From the NCBI GenBank assembly GCA_043228905.1, contig JBHGNT010000001.1:3162001-3226000 (forward strand): DNA of 64,000 nt. Reading direction: 5' to 3'. This stretch comes from Azolla caroliniana (lineage: Eukaryota > Plantae > Polypodiophyta). The translations under genes were made by a program, and so were the position numbers. The notes under the pieces are model-generated. The model searched no databases and had not been told where the DNA came from. It was given only the letters and a program-made list of their open reading frames with translations. Shown here in pieces: positions 1 through 13,200 of the stretch (positions are counted from its first letter, which is position 1; the number at the start of each line of letters is the position of its first letter).

Positions 1-248
1 ACATTAGCCATGGCCCAAGTATGATACAGGACACGAATCCTTTGAAAAACTTTTACACTCCCTTCATTGTATCTGATGTAATAAGCTTCCTTAAACTTCA
101 AAATTGTGAGTAACAAAATCGATTTATTCTAGAGTACAAGTTTCCTCTGCCTCATTTTCTCTGAGCTAACGAAAGACCTTACCGTGTGCAGAAAGCCCTA
201 ACTCTGTCGAAGGGGAAACAAAAGGGTGGGAGACTAAGACAGGCACAG

Positions 249-290
<42 letters not shown>

Positions 291-323
291 TACAGAGAGT
301 GAGAGCGATGGAGAGATAGATAC

Positions 324-395
324 CTTTTTGCAAGTAAGGGGAGAAGCCAAGAAATATACACAGTCCGTGTTGCGTTTCTGCACCTCTTCATCCAT
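324..395 (-). CDS. First coding exon of a CCCH zinc-finger protein (At2g02160/C3H17-like); gene continues beyond the left edge
   Basis: ATG at 395 gives MDEEVQKRNTDCVYFLASPLTCKK, then an AAG|GTATCT donor. The 'NTDCVYFLASPLTCKKG' motif is characteristic of this plant CCCH family. (TA)n lies in the intron and a (CCT)n run in the 5' UTR. Confidence 0.9.
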
Positions 396-779
396 GGTAG
401 CTCTGGGTTCAATAACCCCAAAATTGTTGCTGTGTTGTTGGAGGAGGAGGAGGAGGAGGAGGAGGAGTAGAAGGGGCAAGGGTTCAAGAACAAGACAAAA
501 GCGATGGGCACCTACTCACTCCCTCCTTCTCTCTCTCATCCAAATATGGCCAGGAGTTGCTAGAGCTACCAATGCTTGAAAGCACTGGTTGGCCAGCCTC
601 TCTATGTACTATCTCTCTCGGGTCGGTGGTACTGAAAGGTGAAATAAGAAATCTAGCGCCCCAAGCGATGGCGTATTGTACTGTATCACAAATAGTTGAA
701 CTTTTGCCCATGGGATTTCGTTCATTAATACGCTTCATATCGACTGTATGACAATGAAATCACTGAAGGACGAAGGGCA

Positions 780-1900
780 GAAGTTGGTGATACAATTGAT
801 TTCGTTATGTGTGTCATATGAATTGTTGTGCCACCAAGTTGTATACCCAATTCTAATCATGCCACTTTCTCATGTTCAACGCCATCGAGAACCATGGTTG
901 TGCACGTTCCAATTGGTAGTATAGTTCTTGTTGTTCATCCACTTCCAGCAACACAATAGCTACCTCGTCAATGGCACGATGAGAATGTGAAAAGCACCTT
1001 CGTATCCATGCTTTGCAAGACTATGTGGAAACACTTCGGTTCCTCGACTTCTCCAACACAACAACTAAGGATTTGGTGGATTGCATTCGTGACATGGCCT
1101 AGTTGAATCCTAGCCATATGTTTACATCATAAGCCTCCACTAGGCCTCCCCATGAATGAGTTACACTTTTGGCAAGTTGTCCAAAGGATAATATTCCTCA
1201 ACCATTCATTGATAACGAGGCGTAAAAGCTCATTTTCTATGAGTGATTCATAATTGAAATTAAAACCTCATTTGGGATTTGGGATTTAAGTTCCAAAGTC
1301 CGTTATGTAATACCCATCCAACGTCATCAAGTATTCATTCAGATAAAAAAAAAACATTTTATAACCTCGTGAAACAAGAGAATTATGCAATCACTATGGC
1401 GAAGTTTGATTGGGAAAGACATCGAGAAATTGTAAAGCATGGGCAATTTGATGATTCTAGGATTGGAACAAGTGTATTTAGAAAAATCCATCAAATGTGG
1501 ATCAACAAGAAGGAAATCATTCACCCATAATCAACTTTATCGAAATGATTGGTTCATTTCCTTGAACCAAATGAATTGAATATGTTGTATTGCTTGAATA
1601 GATTCTTCCTACATGACAATATAACATCACGATCTCCAATAGAATCTACCAAGAAGAAGTTTTCATATGAAGATATGAAAATCGTAGATCCACATACTCG
1701 GGGAGAACCTATAAGACCATTCCATATTATCATATGTGATGACTTCTCGAAAGGTTTAAACAAATACAATATCACCTTGATCTTTTGGAAAGACAATATG
1801 ATAGAGGTGTCAAGTTATGACCCTTAGGTACAAGGTGAAAAGTGTGTCGAAGCCACCTTGGTTGAAGTTCCTATTTGTACATTTATCCATGTGGAGTGGA
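780..1900 (-). mobile_element. Highly decayed LINE fragment, possibly endonuclease/linker region
   Basis: Minus-strand pieces 'FLVDSIGDRDVIL', 'DFLLVDPHLMDFSKYTCSNPR' and 'FNYESLIENELLRLVINEW' loosely resemble APE-endonuclease GDFN and YTWSN motifs and the following linker. Many stops and frameshifts. Confidence 0.35.
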
Positions 1901-2074
1901 GTTATAAGTATGGGCATTGTCTGAATCTCCAGATATGAGGTGGTCATCTCTACTTAACTTGTGTTTGCGTATTAGGGGTAACCACTAGTCTTTTTATTTT
2001 ATTTTATTTTCAAAGAAAGATGCACCTTAGTATATTACTGAAAACTGTACATAGAGAAAACAGAAGAAGACATT

Positions 2075-3760
2075 TCATCTCACTTCTATTGTAATACAAA
2101 GGCTAGTATAAGCATATGATAAAGTAAATGATGTCATATATGAAACAAGTAGAACAATATTATCAGTTATGCAACATAAAAGAAGGTATTGCATAATTCC
2201 ACCCCTGACCAACAATTGTATTTGAAAATAAGTGAAGTCCTTGCCATCGGTTCTTAAAGGCCACTTGTCGTTGCAATAGAACATCAACCGAACCCTCGTA
2301 ACATCTCCATGGAGGACACCCCATAACACTGCACCCCAATAGAAATTTGAATGAGAATAATGTTGTCCCAACAATAAAAACAACTTACTTTAAAATAGCT
2401 TGATACATTTCCACCAACACTCAGTTTTTTCCATTGATAATCAGTTGAATCCCGGTCCAATTTATGAAGTGTTTTTTATTGAAAACCCCACAATGATCAA
2501 TACAACAAGCATGCTTGAAAGGGTGGATCCAAAACCATTATTCCCCGATCTTGCAACTACTCGAATAGCTGAAATATTGGCGGACATCCACACACCTGAA
2601 GCAAAGTATATATGCCACAACCTACCATCATCGTCAACATTAAAGTACATAACATAACCTACAACATTAGTTATTTTAGCTCCTAAAATAACTTTTAAAG
2701 GAGAAAAATAACCAAACCATATCTAATTACTTGAGGGGGACCACGAAACCATAATTTATCCCAATGCCACTTGCATATCATTACACATAATAACATCTCC
2801 TCAAACTGAATGCTAACGGTTGATTCATAACATAGCATCCCCATGAAAGAAATAACATGCAACTAATGCATCCAAAGAAGCTCAATTTTGCCTAGGATGG
2901 CTACCAAGCAAAAAACCTCTCACATTAGAGATGAGAAAATTCTAGGTCAAAGGTTGTATCGACAAGTCATCCATTGTCAAAGGCATTTTCCGAACCATAA
3001 TATTTTTAACGACATACCAACTTGTGAGAATTCCATTAAAAAATCTATATTTTGGCAAGGTTGTTTTAACAATTCAAAATTATGAATAAAAGCCCACCTT
3101 AATGAGGGTTGCCACGCTCCACCTATTGTCAAACACATAGTAGACAACCTATGCATCATCAGCTAACTCCAAACACCTTACATTGGCAACAGATCTCTAC
3201 ACACAAATTTAGAGAACATATCCTTACATTCTGATTCTGGATCCACCAACCCCAACCCACCATTTTGTTCTGGAGCAATCAATATTACCCAAGCTACTAT
3301 ATGCCTTTTATCCTAACCTATTTTTACTCCCCAAATGTAATTGCAAATAAGGCGTTGCACTTGTAAAATACATGACCTAGCAAACAACATAGTAGAAGCA
3401 ATATACCAAATAGTTGCAAGAATAACTTGATTAGCTACAAGTACACGGCCTGCAAATGACAAGCCAACCAAATCCCAAAGCAACAATTATTTCCTTAACT
3501 TTAGAGGAGCAACGAACACATATGCATTAACATGAAGTCTCACTTGGCAGCCCAAGTAACGAATAGTGGTTCCATCAGGAACGCATTTGAATTCCTACGA
3601 AGGCATCGAAGTAGGCGATGGATTTTGAGATACCCAAAAACCAAGAGATTTATGCCAGTTTATATTTGCTCCAGAGGCCAAGCTGAATTCCTCCACTACT
3701 ACTTGTAATTTTCTAGGAGTACGATGTTGTTTTCTAAATACCCATTGTTGTATATTCGTG
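2075..3760 (-). mobile_element. Decayed L1-like LINE, RT C-terminal half and downstream region
   Basis: Minus-strand translation shows 'EFSLASGANINWHKS', 'TIRYLGCQV', 'LSFAGRVLVANQVILATIWYIAS...VQRLICNYIWG' and 'VAWVILIAPEQNGGLGLVDP'. These are canonical plant L1 ORF2 motifs, interrupted by stops. Confidence 0.85.
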
Positions 3761-3769
3761 TAGCCCAAC

Positions 3770-4330
3770 AAAATGATTCCTTCAGGGATCTTGTGTAGCT
3801 TTTTGAAGATTGGTCTTACGTATTGTGGACGTTATAAGGGGCATTAGTGCTCACAACTACACTAAAGGCAAATGCACATTCGCAATTAGTGTAAAGCTTG
3901 CATTAATCACAACCCATAAAACTATTGGAAGAAACCTAACAAAATTTTGGTACACAAACTCTTGATGGAACACCCTAAGTCATCATATCGTGAACAACGA
4001 ATTTCCTTGACCAAAATCTTATCAAAATAATTGTCCTTCGCTAGAATAGCAACCACCATGTTGAATTTGAGTATAACTATACAAATGAATCTAAAGAGGG
4101 GAGTTCCAAGATACACTGTTCGTGTGAAAGAGGATGCCTTACTTGTCATGAAACGATGCAAACCCATGAACCCATGACAAGCCCAACAAGTGAAATATGA
4201 CGTAGACAATATACACAATGTGGGCCTAGTCTATCCAATATAACATCTCACTTGGTTGCCACACCTATCATGGAAGTTCCCTTGAAAAAGGGAAAGATGC
4301 AAATAGGTTTTTATTTCTTGAAGGTAAACG
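3770..4330 (-). mobile_element. Second decayed LINE RT fragment
   Basis: ORF 3922-4218 contains 'VYLGTPL' (the YLGxPL motif of L1 RT); the rest is degenerate. Confidence 0.4.
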
Positions 4331-4414
4331 AGGCCATAATCAACAATAATTATTTGGTCCTCATACATAAATTACATATGGGAGAGGATAACCGACAAAA
4401 AGGCATACAATTTC

Positions 4415-4633
4415 ATTGACAATTTTTCATGTTATAACCATATCATGATTGCATGTGAAGCCTAATGTAAGCAAATAAGCTTATAAATAGTCAAACTCGT
4501 TGACAACTTTTCATGTTAACCCAAATCATGATTGCATATGAAGACTAACAAAAGCAAATAACGTTATAATTAGTCAAACTCATTGACAACATTTCACGTC
4601 ATATCCAAACCATGATTGCACACGAAGACTAAC
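4415..4633. repeat. Degenerate tandem repeat, ~84-bp unit, ~2.6 copies
   Basis: 'ttgacaa..tttcatgt...catgattgca...gaag.ctaa' occurs three times; 'tagtcaaactc' closes the first two units. Confidence 0.85.
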
Positions 4634-6093
4634 TCGTCTGCATTCACCATTAAGTTTGACCGCTTATAAGCAAATGTTGTTTAGATTAACATGTGGTTTG
4701 AACATATACCAAAGGGAGTTGACCACATACTTGAGATTCCATCTCAAGTATGTGACCTATGTTGTAAATCCTCACAGTTTGTGGTTGTACCAAGACAATA
4801 ATTGATATAGGTTTCAAATGAATCTTTTAATTCCAAAACTCGAGATGAGTACTTACTGTATTTGGCAGGTGGGAAGATCTCATGATAGTAACTAACATGA
4901 TTAAAATGATAATAAATGAGATTTTAAATTAAGGAAATGAATCATGGGGATGATTAAAGTGACCATGGAGTTTAAACATGTAAATTTAGCACGTGACAAT
5001 TGATTTGCAACCTTGGGATGCCCTCGATGTTCTTTTTGTCTTCCGACATGGTTTCTTCTTAGTTCACCCTAATGAAAATATTTTCATTAAGAGCTTATGA
5101 AAACATCGTTGATTGCTTTAAGCGGCACATTAAGTTTGACAACAATGCTAACAAGATTATAGAGCTCTAGGATGTTGTTATCTTGAAGCACTTACCTTTA
5201 TTCGGTGGATGTTATTTATTGTATAAGTCGTCTTATAGCATCATATAACAATCTACCTTCTCGTCGGTGAGATGAGTAGTAAACAGTTTTCCATCACTCA
5301 CAAGCTTTGAGAAATATTGTAGTCTCAAGGCGAAGATCTTCAACAACTATACTAAGACCCACTAATTAAGATAACACTTGCTTGATAGCAATAACTTAAT
5401 AATCACACTTTATTTACTTAATGGGAAAGAAAGGCCTCAAGAAGGAATGGGCTTATATATTTTCAATTGATTTAGTTATGAATATTAATACAAAAGTAAG
5501 CTCGAGAAATTGAGAAGCGAATAATCTCATTCTCCTTTCGGAATTGATTTGCTCTAAGGCTATTTAATACCTGGGTGAACACCATCACCTTTTGCTATTC
5601 TTTCACTTGTTACATTAGCCTCTATCTTGATCGTTATGTTGATGTTATTCGAGAGGTGTGGGGAGTGTGATCAACAATGGGGCGTCAACTTCACAATGTG
5701 GAACATGTGAGGTTATTGATTCAACATAAAGATATGGCATGTTAATTTCAGAGAGTTTATATATGTGTATATCAAAGAGGTGTAAAATGGAGAGATCTAA
5801 ACCATTTATTTGGGTTATTATCTAATATTTGTAGCTTGTCATGGGTAAAACAAATAGAGAGAAAAAGAAAGATTCCTTGTGGTCGGTTGTCTAATATATA
5901 CATGCACTTTGTAATGCCTTCTAATAATTGATGTACATATCAAGATTTGAATCAAAGGATGGGATAAAAAATATACGACTTATCATTAGTACATAACCCC
6001 ATATGAGAGAGGGAGAGATCACGATTGTAAGAAGAATTTAATAATTGTCTCATGTTTTGTTTTGTGTCGGTGTCGAATGTTTTATTATCTATA

Positions 6094-6290
6094 TCCATAG
6101 ATTGATACATGCGTGATATTCGTGAATAGAAAATAGCCCCAAGAATATTATAAAACCATTCGTTTACATATATGTATATACACGCATACATAGATTGATA
6201 CATGTGTGATATTTGACATCCGTTATATTCGAGAATAGAAAATGACCCCAAGAATATTATAAAACCATTCATTTACATATATGTATATAC
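6094..6290. repeat. Local tandem duplication (~95-110 bp)
   Basis: 'catagattgatacatg.gtgatatt...gaatagaaaat..ccccaagaatattataaaaccattc.tttacatatatgtatatac' is present twice. Confidence 0.8.
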
Positions 6291-6669
6291 ATATGTACAC
6301 ACTTACATTTATGTACATATATACACACATATACATATATGATATAACATACATATATATTGTTATAACTTATACATATACACACATGCATCAATAATTA
6401 ATTAATTAATTAATTAAAAAATATTAGTTAATTAATTAATAATCAATTAATACATTAATAATTAATTAATTAGGGCTTGGGCTAAACTTAGGGAAACCCT
6501 AAGTTTGCAGCCGAGAACAGGATGTAGGATTAGCGTAGAGCATGACAGGGAGTCGAGGACGCAGGCCGAAAAGAAGATATACGGTCGAAATTAGGATTAT
6601 GACTGAAATTAGGGTTCCACCTAAACCCTAAAATTTTGGCCGAGAACAAGATGTAGAGGGAGGCAAGGG

Positions 6670-7287
6670 TAGGGATCGGCAATGGTTCGGTTTAGGCTTA
6701 GCCAGTTTGGCCTTATCCAAGCCAAACTAGCTAAGCCTAAACCGTTTAGGGGTTTTCAAACCTGAACCAAACCAAACCAAACCCTAAACCGGTTTGGGAG
6801 AAAACAACAATACTCTTACATTGAATATTGAACTTCATAACACAATTCTATTACAATTTATCATTGAACTTCATAACAAAGTTCCGTTACAATTTATCAT
6901 TGAACAATCCCCCTTCCAATATGCTCCAAATGTAGAATGGTTACAAGGCTTAGAGAAAAACAACAAGAAAACATAAAATGAGAAATGCATTGTCTGTTTT
7001 GATGGACTGGTCACTGTCTATGTCGAGAGTCCTATTACCTAAGTCGTCACTCTTGGGGTCTATGTGTAGACAATAGACTCGTGACTAGTTAGAACTTAGA
7101 ACTTAGAACTTAGACTTTAGCAATAAACTATAGTAATTACTAATTAAATAACTTAAACGGCTTAGACAGCTTAGACGGCTTGAGCCGGTTTGGCCAAACT
7201 GGCTCAAGCCTAAACCGAGCCGCTAAGCCGCTTGAAGTTGGTTAAGCCAAACGGTTTAGGCTTGAGCCGAGTCGTTGTCGATCCCTA
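6670..7287. mobile_element. Non-autonomous hAT-type DNA transposon (MITE), 618 bp
   Basis: TIRs TAGGGATCGGCAATG (6670) and CGTTGTCGATCCCTA (ends 7287). 8-bp TSD ggcaaggg (6662-6669) / ggcgaggg (7288-7295), one mismatch. Subterminal 'gcctaaaccg/ggttt' motifs at both ends. Confidence 0.9.
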
Positions 7288-8739
7288 GGCGAGGGTGTAA
7301 GCATCACGCACAAGGAGCAGGGTGAGGCTTCCTCGCTCGCTCGCAGAAAACAAAACTAGTTTAAAAATAAGAAAAAGTTTTTTCAAAAAAAGAAGAAAAC
7401 GAATGCATTTTCATTGCATTCGTTGGGCAGGGCCCACGAATGCAAATATGTCAATCTATGTCTATAGGCTATATCTATATCTATCCCTACTAACTTCTTG
7501 TTGATTGCATTTAGCATTTAGAAACTAATGTAATGTATCTTACGTTTTCGTGTAAACAACTATAATGCCCTCATTTATGCATAAGTTTATTATAGTTTAT
7601 CACACGAAAAACAAACATATATACATTAAAAATTCCTTTGTTTTTTGTGATGCAAACCACGAACCTTCTAAGCCAATGCTAATGTTATTGTTTTATGGCG
7701 AGAATTTCATATGGGGGTAGGTTTTAGGGATTGTCGAGTCATTTGTGGAAATACATACACTTTTGTGGCATGTGTATGTGAATCTAAATATGTATATATA
7801 CACACACACATACGTACACGTGAGAATGCTTTTGTATGCTACTTTGGCGCCGCCAACAATCACAAGTACAACAAATCGCTTGTCATTAGTTTTTGAAATG
7901 TTGGCAAGCAATGTCTTTATATCAATCTGAACTTGAAAACAAAGCAAAACATCCACACGTTTCAACGGCCAAAGCCTTAATCTCTTCTCGTAGGCTGAGG
8001 TAGCTCGAAATATATGGAAGGATAGCCAAATAGCACAAAATATAGGCAAAAAGAATAATGAAGATTTGGCATTACCAATTTTTCATTGTGAGATAGTACC
8101 TTTTTGCATTCATGATACCCAACTTGTTGCAATATCTAAGTGAAATTATTTCCCATCCATGAATGAAGAATTTGATAATGGAATAACACATACAAAAATA
8201 GTTTTAAGATTTTGTAAGGAACTACTTGCATGTCATTATCAATGTAGGTAAATAGATGGAGCAATGAACACTTTTATAAAGAGCGTATTTATGTGTCTAG
8301 GATGGGAAGTAAAAAAATATCCAAGAAAAGCACATTATGAGGGGTCGAAGATATCAAAGAGGGCAAAGGTTTACATGGAGAGTAGAACAAACACATGATG
8401 TCAAGTTTTAGAAATATCTTCATTATCTTACATCAATCCCTACACAACATGAGATACTGCAACCAAGTTTAGACGCCATCATCCAATATATAAGCTCTTT
8501 AAGTTCATCTCCACATACAACTCTACATTGTCCTACATTTAAGAGGCTAACATTTACCTCTTGACCCCGTTAATATCTATGCCATAAGAGGTATTATATA
8601 GGAGAATGATACATGTACCATCGTCCTAACTAAACGCATGAGGTACTTAATGAAAGCTATTACCAATTATTAATGTTACATAAATGTGTGTGCTGGGCCC
8701 ATGTGCGCACACACACACACACACACACAATTTGTCTAG

Positions 8740-8875
8740 CTATTGGCTTGGTGGTTGATATCCTAGTATCAAAGTCATAAATTTGAGAGAGCTCGAGTTT
8801 GATCCTTCCCACGAGGCTATGCCTCGTCCCATAGATCTCAGTCTAAGTCTTGTGTATGTTAAATTTTTTTTTTAC
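8740..8875 (+). mobile_element. Possible degenerate tRNA-derived SINE
   Basis: A-box-like 'tggcttggtgg' and B-box-like 'gagtttgatcc' follow a (CA)n tract. No TSD identified. Confidence 0.25.
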
Positions 8876-9763
8876 CTCTCATTGTACACTCTTGATCATA
8901 GTTCGTAGTATACTGGAATGCATTGACAAACATTCATTTTCATACGAATGCAAAAGCATGCGTATGTTATCAAAACATTCTCATGTTATTTTTTACACTA
9001 TTTACCTTATAATAAATAATGAATACAAAAGTATGGTATTTACCATACGTTGAGGGTGTTTACCATACTTGAAGGTTTGAAACATTCGCGAATGAGAATG
9101 CACGTATGGCACACATGGTTCATACTATGCACTTGATGCACAATGTGTGTTATTGGTGGGAAACCTTCTCAAGTGTTTTTTTATTTTTGGTGAATGTCAA
9201 GTTTAGAAACATTAAAAACTAGAGAATAAATAAGTCATGAGAGACATACCAAACATGAAGTGATCATCAAACGAGGAAAGTCTCAAATACAAATTCGGAG
9301 GTAGTCGAGAGTGTCCAAGGAGCTAAATATTGACCCTCCCAAACCAAGCACATGGTGCACAGGTACGCACATAGACATACGCAAGCTCTTAGTCCAAAAT
9401 AGTTGTCGTAAAGCGAGCTGCGTCAAAAAGGCTCACATTCAAGATTATGTGTGCAAAATAGTGAGATTATTATTTACGAGCATATGTGAATTAAAAACAA
9501 ATAAAAGTCATGGAGAGCAACATTGGTATGTATGTGAAGGGGGTGTGAAATGGGATCTTTGCTCCCATGCCATGCCCGGCCATCGACCATCGACCACCGA
9601 CCGTCCCATATGGTTGGTTGGGTAGGGGGGCTCATCGACATATGTATGTATAGAATAAATATATCACAAAATAAATAATTAAAATAGATAAATAAATATG
9701 TACCGAGGAGAATAGATAAACAAAACAAAAGCCAAATAAATCATATAAAGTCATTAATAATTG

Positions 9764-9853
9764 GGGGGGGGGGAACATTATTATTATTATTATTATTATT
9801 ATTGTTATTATTGAGAAGAAAATAAAAACAAAAGGTATTTCGTGGGTGGCACC

Positions 9854-9887
<34 letters not shown>

Positions 9888-9915
9888 TTTTTTTTCCCTT
9901 CTCTCTCCCTCTAGA

Positions 9916-9946
<31 letters not shown>

Positions 9947-9990
9947 TGCCGGAGGAGAGAACACAGACAGACAGAGAGACAGACAGGAAG
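9764..9990. repeat. Microsatellite cluster ((TTA)n, (CT)n) in the NDX promoter/5' UTR region
   Basis: Directly visible simple repeats upstream of the NDX ATG. Confidence 0.9.
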
Positions 9991-10262
9991 GACGAGAAAC
10001 CGGCCTCCATAGCCACGTCGAGCCCTTAGACTTCAAGGAGCTCCTCCATTCTACACATGCCTCCCATTCCTTCACACCATGACTCCCCCTCCTCCTCCTC
10101 TTCCCTTCCATTTCTTCTTCATCGCTCAGCTGTCAACCCTTCCTAACGATCGTAGGACCTCAGCTCTCCCGTCTCTGGTTTAGCCATCGCCCTCTCAGCA
10201 GCATCAATCAACTGCGTGTTATCTTCTTTCATCCCAGCATCGCCTCCGAAAGAATCGTTCCA

Positions 10263-13200
10263 ATGAACAACCACCAAAGACGTGGCTCGTCTTCGTCTTC
10301 TTCTTCCTCTCTCTCCAAGGTAAGCTTCCATTTTTCTTTTTTTCCCCCACGAAAAATCTTCCAAATCTTTGTTCTTTACGGATCAAATGGTGGTTTTCGA
10401 AACGGCTCCTGGAAAATTTGGCTTTCTTTGCCCTGCATTGTGGCCTTCCTGTACATAATGTATGACGTGCTATAAATACTCATCCACACCCCCGAGGATA
10501 ATAGCTGCGTATCACGTGATAATAGGGTCTTCAGGAGCCACAATCACGTGCGTTTCTTCAACTTCACGTGATAATCTGGAGGAGGTCTGAAATGGTCAGG
10601 ATCTCAGCAAAATCTGTATTTGGAAACTCAAAGCAACAATTCCCTCACTTGTTTGAAGCTGAAATGGAAAGATTCCTCAATTGTTGGAACTTAAAAAAAA
10701 CTAGTTTTCTCACTGGCTGGAAACTGAAAGAAACAGTTTTCGACCTGGCTGGTTATCCGGAGTTTTTTTGTTAGTTCAAAACTTGGATGGCAGCATAATG
10801 GTTCACAACATGCTTGCAGTTTTGCGAGACAGATTATTTCGAACATTAGATGGCGTAATAACTCTTAGACTTCACATGTCGGGGCTTGGACATTCTCCTC
10901 TTCAACAATTGTCATTGGGTCTATCTTTACAATCAATCAAATGCCGTGTTTATGGTCACTGTCTTCATGCACACAAATTTTCTCCCTGGCTGGAATCCTA
11001 TTTCGGTTCGAACTCAAAAGAAACAATTTGTTATTGTCTGGAAGCAAAAAGAAACGAATTTCTCTCTGTTGGATACTATTTTGTTTTTTCATTAGTTCGA
11101 AACATGGATTCATAATGGTTTGCGATAGGCTACCATAATGGATTTCATGATGCGCCCATGGGCGTTTATCTTAAATTTGTCACCCCACATATATAGGGCA
11201 TATATGACGCAAGTACGGCCATTGGAAAAGCTACTGATGATCTGGGAAGAGCAATCAAAATTCTAAATGCCTCTAGTTGCGTGCATTGTGCCATAAATAT
11301 GATTGATTGGTTATTCATTATATTCCTAGGGTATCATTGATAACCTATAGTGTCAATGCTTGAAACTTATGACAGGGGTTGGATGTCTTTGGAGCAGTGG
11401 AAGAACTGCACAATTTAAGTGCGAAAGAAATGAACAAACTGCTGAGAGATTCTCAACATGTCTTCACACTACGTTTAAGAACTGGACGAGGGGCTTATAT
11501 ACGAGTAAGTGTAGTATAATATACTTATTAGTTGTTTGTGAGCTACCTTTTAAATTTGTAGTGAAACATCTTATTGGTACCTTTGTTCAATCAGGTTAAT
11601 TTGGAGCGATTGGTGTTACGTTTACCTTTACATTTACTTGCATGTGTGGCATCAAGAGGAGCAGAGCCACGGTTACGCTATTTATTGCGAGGTGTTCGCC
11701 TTCTTCATTCTCTTAGTGACCTTGCAGTCCGGCATCCCAAACTGGAACAGGTAGTTGTTTTTCTATTTCCTTGTTGAAGATTGTAGCAAACAACAATTTG
11801 GGAACTCAGATTAATTAGTAGAACCTTCCAGTTTTTTGTTGAAGAGCATTTGGTGTAGGAGATAAGCAGATAATATTTGAGCATGATTTGTGCGCATATG
11901 TATAATCTTGTCGAAAGTATGATCATGCATGCCAGGAGTCAAAAGGATTTGGAGTAGACCACACTGCATTAAATCCAAATGTTTATATTCAGTCATGCAG
12001 TTTTTTATGTGCACCAAATCCTTTTTATGCCAAATCATGCCACCTTTATTGTGTTGGACATTTTAGGATTAGAATGTAGACATTTTTCTATAGCATACAC
12101 ATCCTAGAAATGATTAGTTAGAGTTTTGAAGTTTTCTATGCTATTGCAGATCTTCCTTCACGAAGTTAAAATCCGGGAACAAATTTTGGACTTGGTCATA
12201 TATATGCTGATTACTCTAGCAGGTCCAGAACAGGTAGAGGATCATCGTACTTGGTTTCATGGTTATCTGTCAAAAATAGTTTCTGTGAAGTACTTTAAGG
12301 TCTTTACATATCTTTGATTTTTACAGGAAGGTCGGCATGGAAGCTCTTTTACAATCTTACATGCAGCCCTTGTGGCATGCAGCTTACATCTGCTTCCTGC
12401 ATTCGTTGCTGGAGAATGGTCTGATCTTGTGCCTGTTCTCTTAGTGCATCCTAAGGTAAGGACAGAGCAAAGGATTTCATTTACATTCGATGGATGCTGG
12501 CTAGGTTGGAAAAGAGTAAAATTTCCCTGGAATTAATTAAACTGCTGATTTTTGTTGCATGTGGGCTGCACTCTTCACATTCCACATGATTTCATCTTCT
12601 CATGTCACTCATAAAAGCCAACTTCTAATAATAAACCTGTTATCGCACTAGTCTTACTTACATTTTTGCTACTTCTACAGTTTTAACAAGATTTTTTCTG
12701 TAGGCAATTCTTTAAGATGCAATCAATGTATTCTGTTAACATATTGTCAACAGCTGGAGTGCATATACATGTTTGCTCACTCCTGAAGATCAGGTGTCAT
12801 TTGCTAAATGCTAGACACTTTTGGCTGTAATTTCTGAAATTAGGCATTAGGTTGGTAAACTCTAGGGAAGGACAGTTGCAAGACGTATGCTGGTGTGTAC
12901 TTCAGTTTGGGTGTTCGTGAAAACCTTTCCTTCATAATTTTCTGATTTAATTAGAACTGTCTAAAGAAATACATGTGTTTCTGGAATTTGGAGCCATTCG
13001 GTGCCCTCTCAAGTATCTTTTTTTCCGTGAAGGTTTTTTTCCCAAGAAAGATACTCCATTAATGTTAAGAAATGCCCTAAAGCTGTACAGGAAATATGTA
13101 CATATAGGTAATTTCCCCTGTGTTAAGTTCTAACTATTGGCTTAAATAAATATTTCGGTGAAGAGTAAAACCAGTCCACCTTGTCAAAAATCTGCCTATA

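Noticed and set aside
6470-6790. Interstitial telomere (aaaccctaa/ttaggg motifs)
   Set aside because: Only scattered single motifs are present, not a tandem array.
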